Positions 1-11,111 of a DNA stretch of 64,000 nucleotides are shown here, piece after piece (the first letter of the stretch is position 1; each line of letters starts with the position of its first letter). The notes below the pieces were generated by a model. The model saw only the letters and a list, made by a program, of their open reading frames with translations, had not been told where the DNA came from and did not search any database. Position numbers and translations under genes: made by a program. Origin of the DNA: Antedon mediterranea (taxonomy: Eukaryota; Animalia; Echinodermata); contig NC_092676.1 in assembly GCF_964355755.1 (NCBI RefSeq), positions 29,939,499-30,003,498 on the forward strand, in the 5' to 3' direction.

Positions 1-120
1 GAAAGCAATTTCAATGGAGAATATGTCATTAGAAGAAGCTGTGGCAGAAGTCAATCAACTAAAAGAAGAAGTTAAAAAGAAGAATAACTCATATATTACA
101 GAAATACTCGCACAAATCTG
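1..120 (+). CDS. Terminal coding segment of an unidentified upstream gene (..MENMSLEEAVAEVNQLKEEVKKKNNSYITEILAQI*), truncated by the window edge
   Basis: Open frame from base 1 to TGA at 118-120, coiled-coil-like peptide; AATAAA-like signal near 283 before the PPIL4 promoter. Confidence 0.3.
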
Positions 121-329
121 AACTTTATTTTGTTTACCTGTAATTTTTGTTAGCGTACTATGGATACATTCGGTACTTGAAATACTGTCTCTTTTTTTTT
201 ATACACTGCTTACTGTATTATCAAAAGAATTACAGTATAGCAATATTGTATGTAGCGATTAAAAATCGCATTTATATTTAAAAATAAAATTTAAAAAAAA
301 TTGCCTTGCTGGTTTTGAGAACTTTGTGA

Positions 330-549
330 ACCTACGTCATTAGTGTCTCTTCATCATCATAATCCCTCTTCATCATCATAATCCCAATCAAAATTTCACG
401 AATAGCCTTTCGCGTACAGACGTGCTGTAGCTGAAAAGTCAACCATGCATGAAAAACATCGTTATTTCAACAACGACGCGCGATCGTCAAAATTTCAAAA
501 CAAAATTATTATTTTCTTAGTAGTATATTAATATCAGAAAAGTAGATTC
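330..549 (+). promoter_or_regulatory. PPIL4: Putative PPIL4 promoter / 5' region (CpG-containing island in an AT-rich context)
   Basis: CG-dense stretch cgcgtacagacgtgctg...caacgacgcgcgatcgtc directly upstream of the PPIL4 ATG at 550. Confidence 0.3.
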
Positions 550-619
550 ATGGCCGTTCTACTTGAAACAACACTTGGTGATATAGTGATTGATCTTTAT
601 CCCAAAGAAAGACCCAGGT
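550..619 (+). CDS. PPIL4: PPIL4 exon 1 (MAVLLETTLGDIVIDLYPKERPR)
   Basis: ATG at 550; N-terminus nearly identical to human PPIL4 MAVLLETTLGDLVIDLFTEERPR; donor gtaagt at 620. Confidence 0.85.
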
Positions 620-1181
620 GTAAGTATTTATTACGAACGATGTTTGCTAGGCTAGCTAGGTACAGAGAGGAAGAGACAGGAAAAAAGGTTTAGAGCAGAC
701 GATCTTTACCATGCGGACGATCGGGCCCAAAAAACCGTTCATAGTAATCTACGCCCGGTAGTGCCCGGTAGCCTTGCATGATATTTAAAGTAGATCTTAT
801 TAACAATTATTAGTGGTAAAGTTAACTAATATATATTTCTTTCCGGAAACAATTTAAAATCAGTTAAAATATACTTTTCATTCAAACGCTACAAATCATC
901 ACTTTTTATCACAGAGGGCGGTCTTCTGTTTCGGATTAAACTTACTATTTTGACAGTTTTTCACATTAAAAACGTATTTTCAAAAAACGTACTAAAACGT
1001 AATAAATTTCAAATTAGCATTAAATATAATTTTAGAATATACTTGAGACAATTTTATATCTATTCTTAATTATCATATCAGGTGTAGAATGACCCGCAAA
1101 AAATTGCATCAATAAAATCTAGGCCTACCTAGGCAATTTAAATGATCGTAAAAAATAATAACTATTTTTGTTTTGTTTTAG

Positions 1182-1249
1182 GTTGTTTAAACTTTCTGAA
1201 ACTCTGCAAACTCAAGTACTATAACTTTTGTTTATTTCATTCTGTACAG
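1182..1249 (+). CDS. PPIL4: PPIL4 exon 2 (CLNFLKLCKLKYYNFCLFHSVQ)
   Basis: Matches human ACLNFLKLCKIKYYNYCLIHNVQ; acceptor ag 1180-1181, donor gtaagt 1250. Confidence 0.8.
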
Positions 1250-1349
1250 GTAAGTCATTCAAAACTTTTACAGATTAATTTATTGTCCAATTCCTCGGTG
1301 TTCTGTGTCTTATTCTGTTTTTATTTATTTCTATTTTTATTTATGTTAG

Positions 1350-1414
1350 CGTAATTTCATCGCTCAAACTGGTGACCCAAGTGGATCTGGAAATGGCGGA
1401 GAGTCTGTATTTAG
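1350..1414 (+). CDS. PPIL4: PPIL4 exon 3 (RNFIAQTGDPSGSGNGGESVF)
   Basis: Matches human RDFIIQTGDPTGTGRGGESIFG; acceptor ttag|c, donor gtaggt 1415. Confidence 0.75.
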
Positions 1415-1507
1415 GTAGGTTAACACTCTATCCACAATTTATTTGTTAATGTAAAGAATTGGAATTTAAAAAACATAATTTTATAATTGGTTTATATTTT
1501 ATTGCAG

Positions 1508-1625
1508 GCAGCTGTATGGGGATCAAGCCCGTTATTTTGAAATGGAATCAACGCCACGCATCAAACATAAAAAACTGGGAGCAGTTTCTATGGTAAACAA
1601 TGGAGCTAACATGCATGGTTCTCAG
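1508..1625 (+). CDS. PPIL4: PPIL4 exon 4 (QLYGDQARYFEMESTPRIKHKKLGAVSMVNNGANMHGSQ)
   Basis: Cyclophilin-domain homology (human QLYGDQASFFEAEKVPRIKHKKKGTVSMVNNGSDQHGSQ); acceptor cag 1505-1507, donor gtagcc 1626. Confidence 0.8.
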
Positions 1626-1948
1626 GTAGCCCTAGACTTTTAGAGTTATACTACTTTTTAATTTTTTTATTTCATTTCCACAAACACAATCAATAGGCCA
1701 CCAGTTGTGGCGAAAATACAGAAATGAGGTTCTCAAATTTGAACATTGTTCAAATAACAAATATTATAAAGATCAATTAATTAATACTGTAATAATAATA
1801 AAGAAAATTATAATTATATAAGTGTGAGATTAATTGAATAAGTTCACATATACATTCGAACCACTTGATACTTTAATCTATTAGATTAAGTTTCAATATA
1901 ATTTACTGTATTTGGATCTATGCTTAACAATCTATGTTTTTGTCTTAG

Positions 1949-2091
1949 TTTTTTATTACGTTGTCTGAGAACGTTGATAGCTTGGATGGCATGCATACTG
2001 TGTTTGGAGAGGTATCAGAAGGCTTTGATATCATTACTAAACTCAGTGAGTCTTTCACAGACAAGGAGAATCGTCCTTATCAAGACATCAG
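1949..2091 (+). CDS. PPIL4: PPIL4 exon 5 (FFITLSENVDSLDGMHTVFGEVSEGFDIITKLSESFTDKENRPYQDI)
   Basis: Matches human [48 protein letters not shown]; acceptor ag 1947-1948, donor gtatgg 2092. Confidence 0.8.
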
Positions 2092-2273
2092 GTATGGCTT
2101 AGCTAAATCAATTATTCTTCATCTAATCAGACTTTTAACAACCATTGAGCCCTAGAATTACAAGGTTACCTCAAATGCAAGTCTCTTCCAGCTATTGACA
2201 AACATAATGCAGTGGCATCATTCATCATTAACAATATTTAAATTATTGTAATATTTTATTTTGTTTTCTTTAG

Positions 2274-2370
2274 AATTAATCATACTGTGGTTTTAGATGA
2301 CCCATTTGATGACCCTGATGGATTGACCTTTCCGGATCGGTCACCTGAGCCGACGAAAGAACAATTAGAC
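2274..2370 (+). CDS. PPIL4: PPIL4 exon 6 ([33 protein letters not shown])
   Basis: Matches human [32 protein letters not shown]; acceptor ttag 2270-2273, donor gtatga 2371. Confidence 0.8.
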
Positions 2371-2666
2371 GTATGAAATTCACTTTGTAAACTAAACTGT
2401 CCAATCATCAATATAAGCTACGTTTCTATAAACTTGTATTATATTGTATAATGTACTACTGTAGAAAATATAAAAGAAATTAAATAATAATATGGATAAA
2501 GTTCAAAGTTCAAATTTATTGTGAAATACATAGTAATTGAAATTTGTATTCCAAGGTTAAAAAACAAGAGGTTATATTCATTCAAGAAACAAAACAATAT
2601 TAAGATATATAAATTAAGATAATATAAAAGGTGAATACTAATGCTTTACATTTTTCTTGTATATAG

Positions 2667-2783
2667 AGTGGTCGAATAGCAGCTGATGAGGAAGTTGATA
2701 AAGACAAAGGCAAAACAGAAGAGGAATTGAAAGAAGAGTTGGAATCTAAAGAATCAAAAGCCAATGCACACATTTTAGAAATG
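2667..2783 (+). CDS. PPIL4: PPIL4 exon 7 (SGRIAADEEVDKDKGKTEEELKEELESKESKANAHILEM)
   Basis: Matches human SGRIGADEEIDDFKGRSAEEVEEIKAEKEAKTQAILLEM; acceptor atag 2663-2666, donor gtttga 2784. Confidence 0.8.
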
Positions 2784-3178
2784 GTTTGAATCCATTTTTG
2801 TATTATGAATCACTATTACTATATACCTTCAAGTATAGTCTCAACCTTAAGTATAATCCTACCATAATTTAGAAAAAATTCAGACACAAAACTTTAGTAA
2901 CCCATGGGTAATGCAATCCAAGTATAATCCCACCCACATTTTTTGCCAAATTTCGTACCCAGAGGACTAGTCAAATCAAATATTCTTTATTCATCAAACA
3001 TAAAAATATACAACAATATATGAATACATAATATAAAGATGAAAAGGAAACACACAAAAACTCAAAAGGGCTTGATAAGTTGTGTCCCCCTATACTTGTT
3101 TTTTTTTCACATTTTACTTGTATTAAGTACATTCTTATGATCTGCTCTGCACATTCATTCTTTTAATGTATTTTTCAG

Positions 3179-3303
3179 GTAGGAGACATACCAGACGCTG
3201 ATATTAAACCACCAGAGAATGTGCTCTTTGTTTGTAAATTAAATCCAGTGACAACTTCAGATGATTTGCAAATTATATTTTCCAGATTTGGACAAATTAA
3301 CAG
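3179..3303 (+). CDS. PPIL4: PPIL4 exon 8 ([41 protein letters not shown]; start of the RRM)
   Basis: Nearly identical to human [41 protein letters not shown]; acceptor cag 3176-3178, donor gtaaat 3304. Confidence 0.85.
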
Positions 3304-3726
3304 GTAAATCATTTTGCACATTTGCCAGATGTATGTAAACATTAAGCATTGTGTTTAAAAACAAAACTCTGTGAATTTTAAATCAAATTTGTTTTTTTTT
3401 TTATTTGTACAATTTTCTGTTTTAGTATGTTTTCTCGAAGGGAGGTGCATAAATTTGAATAGATTTTTTCGTTAATGAATGAATCAGCCTGCTTGTATTC
3501 ATGACATAACTATATTTCATTTAATCATGGCCAAACCATGGAGCTATAAAAATATAGCTCCATGGTCAAACACAGTAAAATATAGCACATGGTTTGAAAT
3601 TATTTTTGTTTTTTTTCAAAGTTACAGTAGTAGTACTAATTGCTTTGTTAATGATGTATGTACAGTAATTTTTAGTTTACCTTGCTATAAATAAGTGGAA
3701 AAATAAAATGTCTTTACCTTTCTCAG

Positions 3727-3793
3727 CTGTGAAGTAATCAAGGACATGAAAACAGAAGAATCTTTGCAATATGCATTCATAGAATTTGAAAGG
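3727..3793 (+). CDS. PPIL4: PPIL4 exon 9 (SCEVIKDMKTEESLQYAFIEFER)
   Basis: Matches human SCEVIRDWKTGESLCYAFIEFEK; acceptor cag 3724-3726, donor gtaaga 3794. Confidence 0.8.
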
Positions 3794-4042
3794 GTAAGAA
3801 CTAGACATTAGTAAAAATATATTAGTTTAAGTTCTATTTTAATTGTCATTTCAGTCTGGAGTCTAAATAAAATACAATTGACTTTTCCAGACTCTCTGAC
3901 AAACGGAACTCTCCTAAAACCAGACTTTCCATGAGGTGTAAAAGTTCCAAAATTCTGTTTTATAATTAAAAACACATTAAAAATTCAGACATTTAGATCA
4001 GCCCAAGACTGTCAGCTATTTTGCTTCTTATCATTTTCTTAG

Positions 4043-4154
4043 GTAGAGGATTGTGAGCAAGCATACTTCAAGATGGATAATGTGCTGATAGATGACAGGC
4101 GAATACATGTTGATTTTAGTCAGTCAGTTGCCAAATTGAACCAGAAACAAAAAT
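4043..4154 (+). CDS. PPIL4: PPIL4 exon 10 ([37 protein letters not shown])
   Basis: Matches human [37 protein letters not shown]; acceptor ag 4041-4042, donor gtaagc 4155. Confidence 0.85.
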
Positions 4155-4421
4155 GTAAGCTTGTTGAAATACCTTAGTTTGGAATAAATTTAGCAATTAA
4201 GGCCAACTCGGACAGCGTCGTACGACGAGTCATATCGTCAGGAGAAAAGTAAACATGTTTAAAGTTCTCCCGACGACCTAAAAACTATGGCTATCTCAAG
4301 ACGACTTATCTCGTCAGAATTCAACACAGACAGCACTGACAAGCCTTTCAATCTACCACTAAATATGGGTGTTTTTTTTTTGTGTTTTTTGCAGCTCAAT
4401 AACTGATCTTTTTCTTTGCAG

Positions 4422-4492
4422 TTGTTGGAAGTTTTCCAAGTTCTTCAAAAGATAAACCAAAGCCCAGACATGAAGAAGACAGACAACCAAAG
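4422..4492 (+). CDS. PPIL4: PPIL4 exon 11 (FVGSFPSSSKDKPKPRHEEDRQPK; basic linker)
   Basis: Phase-compatible lysine-rich linker; acceptor tttgcag 4415-4421, donor gtgagt 4493. Confidence 0.65.
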
Positions 4493-4589
4493 GTGAGTGT
4501 GTACTTACTAAATGGTTTGTGATGCGTGGAACGAGAGTGGAATACATTCAGAGATTAATGCTGTCAACACAAGATAACAGTAAATGAAA

Positions 4590-5370
4590 AACCGTAGCTT
4601 GTCCCACGTAGAATCTGAATCTATCCTCGGTAGAAACCGCCTGTCCCCTCCAAGTTTTGTGTAAATGGTCATAAGGAATTATATAGATTCTATATATATT
4701 GGTCGTATTGGTCGTATTCGCGGTAATCTTAACAAGAAAACAGCTGAATTGATTGTACACTCATTTGTCACTTCTAAAATTGACATTGGTAATGCCTTGT
4801 TGTTTGGCATACTAAAATCTCAAATACAACGTTTGCAGCGCTTGCAAAATATGGCAGCTAGAATTGTAACTTGTACAAAATCAAACGCTCACATAACTCC
4901 TGTCCTGATGGATTTGCATTGGTTGCCTGTTCAACAACGTATTAAGTACAAACTTGCGTTGTTTGTATTCAAGATCCTAAATGACAGTGCTCCTGCTTAT
5001 TTATCTGACCTTGTGGTTCGTTACGAATCATCCCGCAGAGGCCTACGATCATTGTCACAAAACCTTCTTCAAGAGCGTAGAGCGAAAAATCAGTGGGGTC
5101 AGAGATCTTTTTACGTTGCGGCCGCAAGTGTATGGAACAGCTTACCAGCAACAGTTAAATGCTCAACTAGTCTAAACAGTTTCAAGATCAACCTAAAGAC
5201 GTCGCTATTCGCTGATGTTCTCGCACATTGTTAATGCACAAAGCGCCATGAGCGCCACATGGGTGGATGATACCGGCGCTATATAAGTTTTCATTTATTA
5301 TTATTATATTATATTTTTATTAATGTTACTATTCGTCTGTGTAAATTGGCCTGACAGCTGCTCTTGATTC
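4590..5370 (+). mobile_element. 3' fragment of an L2/CR1-type LINE (RT C-terminal tail) inside PPIL4 intron 11
   Basis: ORF 4665-5234 encodes the characteristic LINE tail ...AARIVTCTKSNAHITPVLMDLHWLPVQQRIKYKLALFVFKILNDSAPAYLSDL...SFYVAAASVWNSLP...FKINLKTSLF. It shares 5' (ttgtcccacgtagaat..ctatcct) and 3' (gtgtaaatggtcataaggaat...ctgtgtaaattggcc) ends with the copy at 29700-30300. Confidence 0.75.
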
Positions 5371-5425
5371 TTACCAGTACTTGATTACAATTCATTCAAC
5401 CATTATTTTTGTTGTGATTTTACAG

Positions 5426-5899
5426 ATTTCGTTGAGAAAACACGAATTAAGTGAATCCGACTCATCATCTTCATCAGATGATGATAAACGCTTGAAAAGG
5501 AGACATAAGAAAGATAGAAAAGATAAACATAAGAAAAAGACGAAAAATGAAAACAGGGATTCTAAAAAGGAAAGAAGTCCTGATGATTATCAATACAGAA
5601 AAGAGAGGGATAGAAAACAGCAAAGAAGAAGGAGTAGGATTCGCAGTATGGATTATGAGAGAGGCCCTAGACACAGAAGCAGAGAAAAAGACCACGTCAA
5701 GTCAAGAAGAGACCGGAGTCGTGACCGTGAGACAAAAAGAGATCGAAGTAGGAGTCGTGATCGAAATTCAAAAAGAGATCGAAGCAGGAGTCATGACCGC
5801 AAGACAAAAAGAGACAGGAGTAGGAGTCGTGACCGCAAGACAAAAAGAGACCGGAGTAGGAGTCGTGACCGGCACATCAGATATCGTGATCGAAGGTGA
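5426..5899 (+). CDS. PPIL4: PPIL4 exon 12 (RS/RD-rich C-terminal tail, stop TGA 5897-5899)
   Basis: Long open frame with SDSSSSSDDDKRLKRRHKKDRKDKHKK...RDRSRSRDR repeats typical of the PPIL4 C-terminus; acceptor tacag 5421-5425. Confidence 0.8.
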   Translation: MSLRKHELSESDSSSSSDDDKRLKRRHKKDRKDKHKKKTKNENRDSKKERSPDDYQYRKERDRKQQRRRSRIRSMDYERGPRHRSREKDHVKSRRDRSRDRETKRDRSRSRDRNSKRDRSRSHDRKTKRDRSRSRDRKTKRDRSRSRDRHIRYRDRR

Positions 5900-6142
5900 T
5901 GTACTGGCAATTATAGATTAAGAGGGGAGGGGAATACAATCTAAGATTGTAATGCTATTTTTTATTTAATTATAGAATGACAAGGCTACAAAAAAACATC
6001 AAAATTAAATCATATTTATTTATTTTTATTTTTCTAATTGATAAAAAAATACACTACTAAAATTAAACACAGTACAGTACTTCCTTCCTGTTGAAGGAAT
6101 TGCAATTGTAATCACGAGATGATTACTTATATTTATAATGCA

Positions 6143-6148
6143 AATAAA
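6143..6148 (+). terminator. PPIL4: Candidate polyadenylation signal AATAAA for PPIL4
   Basis: caaataaaataaa about 245 bp downstream of the PPIL4 stop. Confidence 0.35.
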
Positions 6149-6640
6149 ATAAATTTACTGTTATCCATTTACCCTGAGAGTTATCGGTCCCATAGTCTAG
6201 GTTCTAAGACCGAAATCTATCAGTCCCCATATCACACCATATAAATTGATGGATATCGGAAATAAAAGTTGGTTAGATGCGGTCGGTATAAACCTAAATA
6301 TATCCATAACATGGATGAAATATAGGTTGTAACTTAGAAATTAGTGACGTACCCTGTACCTTTATAAAAATAAATAACTGCTTAATAAAAAATATTTACA
6401 AGAATTTTAGCACTGAAATTCTTTTAAAAAAAACAGCTATTAACAAGGCTTGCTACTACTGTCCAAATAAACTAATACAGTATAAAATACTGAATGACAA
6501 TACGTGAAAATATGTAAAATTATTTTTAATTCTCAAGGATTTTTTAAATAATTGATTTCCTGTAACAACTCTAACTGTCTAGCCACTTTTATATGAAATA
6601 AACACAATAACCCCTAGCCCCTTTTATATGAAATAAATTA

Positions 6641-6816
6641 CTATTTGGTCGTTCCAATACCAAGTTGACTTTTTAATTGTTCGAAGCGTTCCTTGATAAA
6701 ATGGTAAAATTCATATTCTAATGACATCTGCTGCATGAGTACAGCGTGCACCTCTGGAGACGGAGACTCTTTGTAATTTGTCATCGTTGATGAACGATTA
6801 CGTGAATATGTGTTAC
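6641..6816 (-). CDS. UST: UST exon 8 (terminal: NTYSRNRSSTMTNYKESPSPEVHAVLMQQMSLEYEFYHFIKERFEQLKSQLGIGTTK*)
   Basis: Matches human ..VPSPEAVQILYQRMRYEYEFYHYVKEQFHLLKRKFG; stop TAG is plus-strand cta 6641-6643. Confidence 0.8.
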
Positions 6817-7199
6817 CTAAATTTGAAAATGGATCATTGTTATAAATGTGTATTCAAAATATATACTTAAAGATATGTCTCCCTGGAAAGTTTTTTCTTT
6901 TTTTCAAATTTTTTTTTAATATGCTCTATAATAGTTGTTCACTTTCACCAAAAATTGGATGAAAAAAAAGTTCCTGTATTTTCCTGAAAAACTGTAATTT
7001 AAAGCAAAAAATGGTCAAATTGGCTGCCAGCCAACAGGTTCTTAATGATTCATTTTAATACATTGTTTTCCTTTTTTTCTACGGAGATGATTAACTTTAT
7101 TAAAACTACAAAATAACCTATTCAAAATCTGATTTTATTAATCGTCATTTTTCATGTTTTGTGGGACAATACACCTTTATAGTGAAACAAAGTTCTTAC

Positions 7200-7357
7200 C
7201 TGGAGCCCTCATGTAATCAACAGCACCTGCAAAAAAACGAGGCAGCATTTTTTCTAAGACTGCAAATGTGTTTTCTAATTCATCTAGAATTCCCACAACT
7301 ATAAAGTCACGTTCAACATTTTTCTTGGCAATTTCTAGGGGTGTTCTGTCTTGAAAT
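7200..7357 (-). CDS. UST: UST exon 7 (RFQDRTPLEIAKKNVERDFIVVGILDELENTFAVLEKMLPRFFAGAVDYMRAPG)
   Basis: Matches human ..NFLLVGILEELEDVLLLLERFLPHYFKGVLSIYK; donor gtaaga on the minus strand. Confidence 0.8.
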
Positions 7358-7744
7358 CTTAATTTAAAAAAAAAATACATTCAGATGTTTTAAAATGGTA
7401 CATTATACAAACTGTAAATAGAACACACTATGTCATTGGCAGTAGCAAATATACTGTACCCACTCCAGGGCACAAACTCTTTCTCTTATGATACTAAATT
7501 TACTATATATATATATATGTTCATTTATATATTTTATTGGTCCTTTTTCTTTCCTTCTTTTGTTATTTCTCATTTTTCGTATTTGTATCGTTCCCAGTTT
7601 TTAAATGTTGAGGGCCTCATGCATAACAGCCTCGGCTGTTTTGAGTCACCCTCATTAAACGAAGTTTAACAAAAATAAAAATTTGTGAAATATTCTTAAA
7701 TATGTGTAATTTATATGAAGGTATTATTTTATTTAACACATTAC

Positions 7745-7842
7745 CTGCATTGTGGACTTTGACCACAGAAAAATGGTATTATATATTGAAGCTTGTTACG
7801 AGAACATTCGAATTTCTTTCTCAGAACACATTCATTTATAGT
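7745..7842 (-). CDS. UST: UST exon 6 (TINECVLRKKFECSRNKLQYIIPFFCGQSPQC)
   Basis: Matches human YLDINECILENYPECSNPRLFYIIPYFCGQHPRC. Confidence 0.8.
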
Positions 7843-8064
7843 CTGAAAACAAGATAAAAATCATTTCATCTTACAGTGTGATTAGGCACTTAAAACTATT
7901 TCTATAACTAAAGTTTAGAGGGTTTTAATAGCGATCAAAATTAAATACAGTTTGAACAGGGAGATTTAATTTAATTTATGAATTATCAAAATACTAAAGT
8001 ATTCAATATAAAGCATAGTATAAATTATTTATTTCAATACATTGTACAATCCCTTCCCTGTACT

Positions 8065-8170
8065 AAAGCTCTGTCCACACTATCAAACGAAATATGATGT
8101 GCCCATATATGGACATGATGTTCCCATATCACTACCATATTTTTTTCTAGTTTGATAGTGTAGATAGATC
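8065..8170. mobile_element. MITE family 'ctgtctacactatcaaac' copy in UST intron 5-6
   Basis: Terminal inverted repeats aaagctctgtccacactatcaaac ... gtttgatagtgtagatagatct around an internal palindromic core (gtgatgtgcccatatatgg..). Confidence 0.75.
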
Positions 8171-8245
8171 TGTAGTGTACACCTTGCATTCTTTACTGTC
8201 TTTATGACAAAAAGCAATGACAAGGTACATAATGGCCACCCCACT

Positions 8246-8700
8246 GTTTACATTCTGAATGTAGCATTAAAATGCAAGTACAGCAACAAGCAATTGTTTA
8301 CATTCTGAATGTAGCATTAAAATGCAAGTACAGCAACAAGCAATTGTTTACATTCTGAATGTAGCATTAAAATGCAAGTACAGCAACAAGCAATTGTTTA
8401 CATTCTGAATGTAGCATTAAAATGCAAGTACAGCAACAAGCAATTGTTTACATTCTGAATGTAGCATTAAAATGCAAGTACAGCAACAAGCAATTGTTTA
8501 CATTCTGAATGTAGCATTAAAATGCAAGTACAGCAACAAGCAATTGTTTACATTCTGAATGTAGCATTAAAATGCAAGTACAGCAACAAGCAATTGTTTA
8601 CATTCTGAATGTAGCATTAAAATGCAAGTACAGCAACAAGCAATTGTTTACATTCTGAATGTAGCATTAAAATGCAAGTACAGCAACAAGCAATTGTTTA
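8246..8700. repeat. Tandem repeat, 50-bp unit x about 9 (caattgtttacattctgaatgtagcattaaaatgcaagtacagcaacaag) in UST intron 5
   Basis: Near-identical direct repeats visible in the sequence. Confidence 0.9.
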
Positions 8701-8718
8701 CGCCGTTTGTTTCATTAC

Positions 8719-8866
8719 CTGGTATTTTTCTTCTTCTGTACCCTTAAATGGACGGGTACTCTTATCGTTCTTGCCGTCACCAAATCGCCTAAAGTAATAT
8801 TGTGATGTAAATCTTTCAATAGGGTCACGAACTATGTTGATATATTTCACATATGAAGAGCTGAAT
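8719..8866 (-). CDS. UST: UST exon 5 (FSSSYVKYINIVRDPIERFTSQYYFRRFGDGKNDKSTRPFKGTEEEKYQ; 3'-PB motif)
   Basis: Matches human VYINIIRDPVNRFLSNYFFRRFGDWRGEQNH..; donor gtaatg on the minus strand. Confidence 0.8.
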
Positions 8867-9132
8867 CTATCGAAAAAAAGGGTTAAGAAAATTTAAATAA
8901 AATGTATTTGGATCTAGCGCCATAAGCAGATTCAGATTTGAATCAAATAACATTCAAACTTCTGTATCTTCCATTTGATATATTCCAATTTGTTTAACAA
9001 AACAGCATCATCTTTTATTCCCATCAAAAGGAACAAATGAAGTGAATGCAGCTTCAGCAAATTTTAAAAACACAAATTTCATTTACTTAGTTTACATTAA
9101 GTATTATTAATTGGCATTGGAAGAATACTTAC

Positions 9133-9212
9133 TTGGTAAAATCAATGTAATGCAAATGTCGCTGAAATAAGAATGGTGGGTCTACCTTCAAAAGAACACT
9201 CACAAGCAGATT
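9133..9212 (-). CDS. UST: UST exon 4 (NLLVSVLLKVDPPFLFQRHLHYIDFTK)
   Basis: Matches human ..QPYLFTRHVHFLNFSRFG; acceptor ttttag and donor gtaagt on the minus strand. Confidence 0.75.
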
Positions 9213-9557
9213 CTAAAAATAAATAAACAATTTCATTTTTGTCGGATGCCAGTGTGTATTATAATTTAACTTGTGGAAAAGTTTCATCGGATTTTAATAA
9301 AATATAAAAAGGGTTCAGCAACTCTTTGTTTCATTTTAATACCAATTTTGTTACCATTATCTAACAGGTAGACACTGAGCTTGCCTTGCCAAGATAGTAA
9401 AAGTCCTGTGATCTTATGTCTGGTCGCAACAAATACCAACAGTACTGTACATAATCTCTGCGGTGCACGGTGGCTGTTAAGGGGCTTGGCACTGATATCG
9501 CAGTCACATAAAGTTTGATAGTGTGGACAACAGGCGCGGATTTAGGCGGGGGCTAAA

Positions 9558-9838
9558 CAGGCTTCAGAATACAAACCTATTTAGCGCCCCCTAATGTCTA
9601 ACGCTGGATCTGCCCCTGGACAAGGCTTCAGAATACAAACCTATTTAGCGCCCCCTAATGTCTAACGCTGGATCTGTCCCTGGACAAGGCTTCAGAATAC
9701 AAACCTATTTAGCCCCCCTAATCTCTAACGCTGGATCTTCCCCTGGACAAGGCTTCAGAATACAAACCTATTTAGCCCCCCTAATCTCTAACGCTGGATC
9801 TGCCCCTGGACAAGGCTTCCGAATACAAACCTTCTTTT
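9558..9838. repeat. Tandem repeat, 63-bp unit x about 4.5 (caggcttcagaatacaaacctatttagcgccccctaatgtctaacgctggatctgcccctgga) in UST intron 3
   Basis: Direct repeats; the ORF-track ORF 9658-9864 is an artefact of the repeat. Confidence 0.9.
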
Positions 9839-9869
9839 CCTCTGATGTACGGGTTTGGTTATAAATAAC

Positions 9870-9974
9870 CGAGTTGATCATGTTGTATTTGTTAACCTTG
9901 GCTAAATGTTTGAAAACGTCCAACACTGACCGACTTCCACATTTACCAACACGATTAAAAATAATACGTTGAGC
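9870..9974 (-). CDS. UST: UST exon 3 (AQRIIFNRVGKCGSRSVLDVFKHLAKVNKYNMINS; 5'-PSB PAPS-binding motif)
   Basis: Matches human UST VVYNRVGKCGSRTVVLLLRILSEKHGFNLVTSD. Confidence 0.8.
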
Positions 9975-10664
9975 CTGAAAGGTGATAAAATATTAAGGAA
10001 TATGTTACAGTAAGTGTAGTGATGTTACATTACTTAATTCACTCAAACTTAGCAACTTTTGGTATTAATTATAGATAGTATAGAATCCAGTATAACCACA
10101 ATGTAAGTAGATAACTTAGTTTTCTATCTTGTTAATGATTTTACTTTTTGATTTAATAGAGTTGTTTTGATATTTGTGTTTCTGTTAATGTTTTATCTTT
10201 GTACGAGACAAGCACAATTATTTCCACTTGTTCTGTGCACGAAATAAATTGTAGAAATATCTGGTAGAACATTTGTTTTGTTGTCACAAGCACTTTACGT
10301 ATAACCCTTTCAAATCGTCTAGCAAAACATCTCAGGAGTTTACACACCATGGCCGCAACACTCTGGTATAATTATGCTAGATAGCATAATATTGACCCAT
10401 CTGCCATCTAGCATTTATGCTAGACATAATTTTAGAAAATCTGGCATAATTTTGTGCTGCCACCTAGCATAATTTAATTTCAAATGCTGGCCACACTGAT
10501 TACACCTGCATTTTGTATGGGGTGCACTCAGGTGTAAGTAAACTCCAGCGTTTCCCTAGGCATGTGACAGGGTATTTATTAGTTATAACATTATTTTATT
10601 CTAACTTTTTAAAAGTAAAACCAATAATTGAAAACAGATAACAATATCATAACAGCATCCTCAC

Positions 10665-10921
10665 CGTTGTATCTTCCCAGTTGCCATATAAGGGTAATTT
10701 TTCAACTCCTTCCTTAGTTTCGTTCCAGTCGTATAACCATTTCTTTTTTCCAACAATTACTTTATCTGGTTTACTTAGTATAGTGTTTACTGGTGGTTCA
10801 ACAACCTTTTTATTTTCATTTACAACGTTTCCAACTACTTCTGTTGACTTGTTTTGTGAAACTTTGTTAGTTTCTTCAAAAACATTCTTTCCTTCATCTT
10901 GAAAACCCATAATTTTTCGCT
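10665..10921 (-). CDS. UST: UST exon 2 (stem region ..KIMGFQDEGKNVFEETNKVSQNKSTEVVGNVVNENKKVVEPPVNTILSKPDKVIVGKKKWLYDWNETKEGVEKLPLYGNWEDTT)
   Basis: Open frame ending in strong donor gtgagg (plus-strand cctcac 10659-10664); phase-compatible with exons 1 and 3. Confidence 0.55.
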
Positions 10922-10990
10922 CTGAAAAAAAAATAATCTTCATTCGTTGAAAAATAAAATTCAGTAAATAGAGTACATTATTAGTAGATG

Positions 10991-11111
10991 GAGTGGAGTT
11001 GTAGCTTGGTGGTTATGATGCTTGGTTACCATTTCAAGGTCCTGGGTTCAAGTCCTGTCATGTGTCAGGATTTTTTATAATGACAAATTAAAACTCTACT
11101 TCCAAAGACTA
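10991..11111 (+). mobile_element. tRNA-derived SINE copy, 5' part, interrupted by the foldback insertion
   Basis: gagtggagttgtagcttggtgg...gggttcaagtcctgtc carries A-box and B-box like motifs; same family as 31071-31290. Confidence 0.7.

Noticed and set aside
4200-4330. CpG-rich palindromic patch (gtcgtacgac, cgacga repeats) in PPIL4 intron 10 as a possible ncRNA or regulatory element
   Set aside because: No recognisable RNA gene structure; noted only as a local GC anomaly.
9658-9864. 68-aa ORF MSNAGSVPGQGFRIQTYLAPLI.. repeated
   Set aside because: Translation of the 63-bp tandem repeat in a UST intron.
10153-10350. Minus-strand ORF MVCKLLRCFARRFERVIRK.. considered as UST exon 1
   Set aside because: It has no good donor site and no signal anchor. 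The ORF at 12631-12856 has a textbook type-II anchor and a gtaagt donor in the correct phase.
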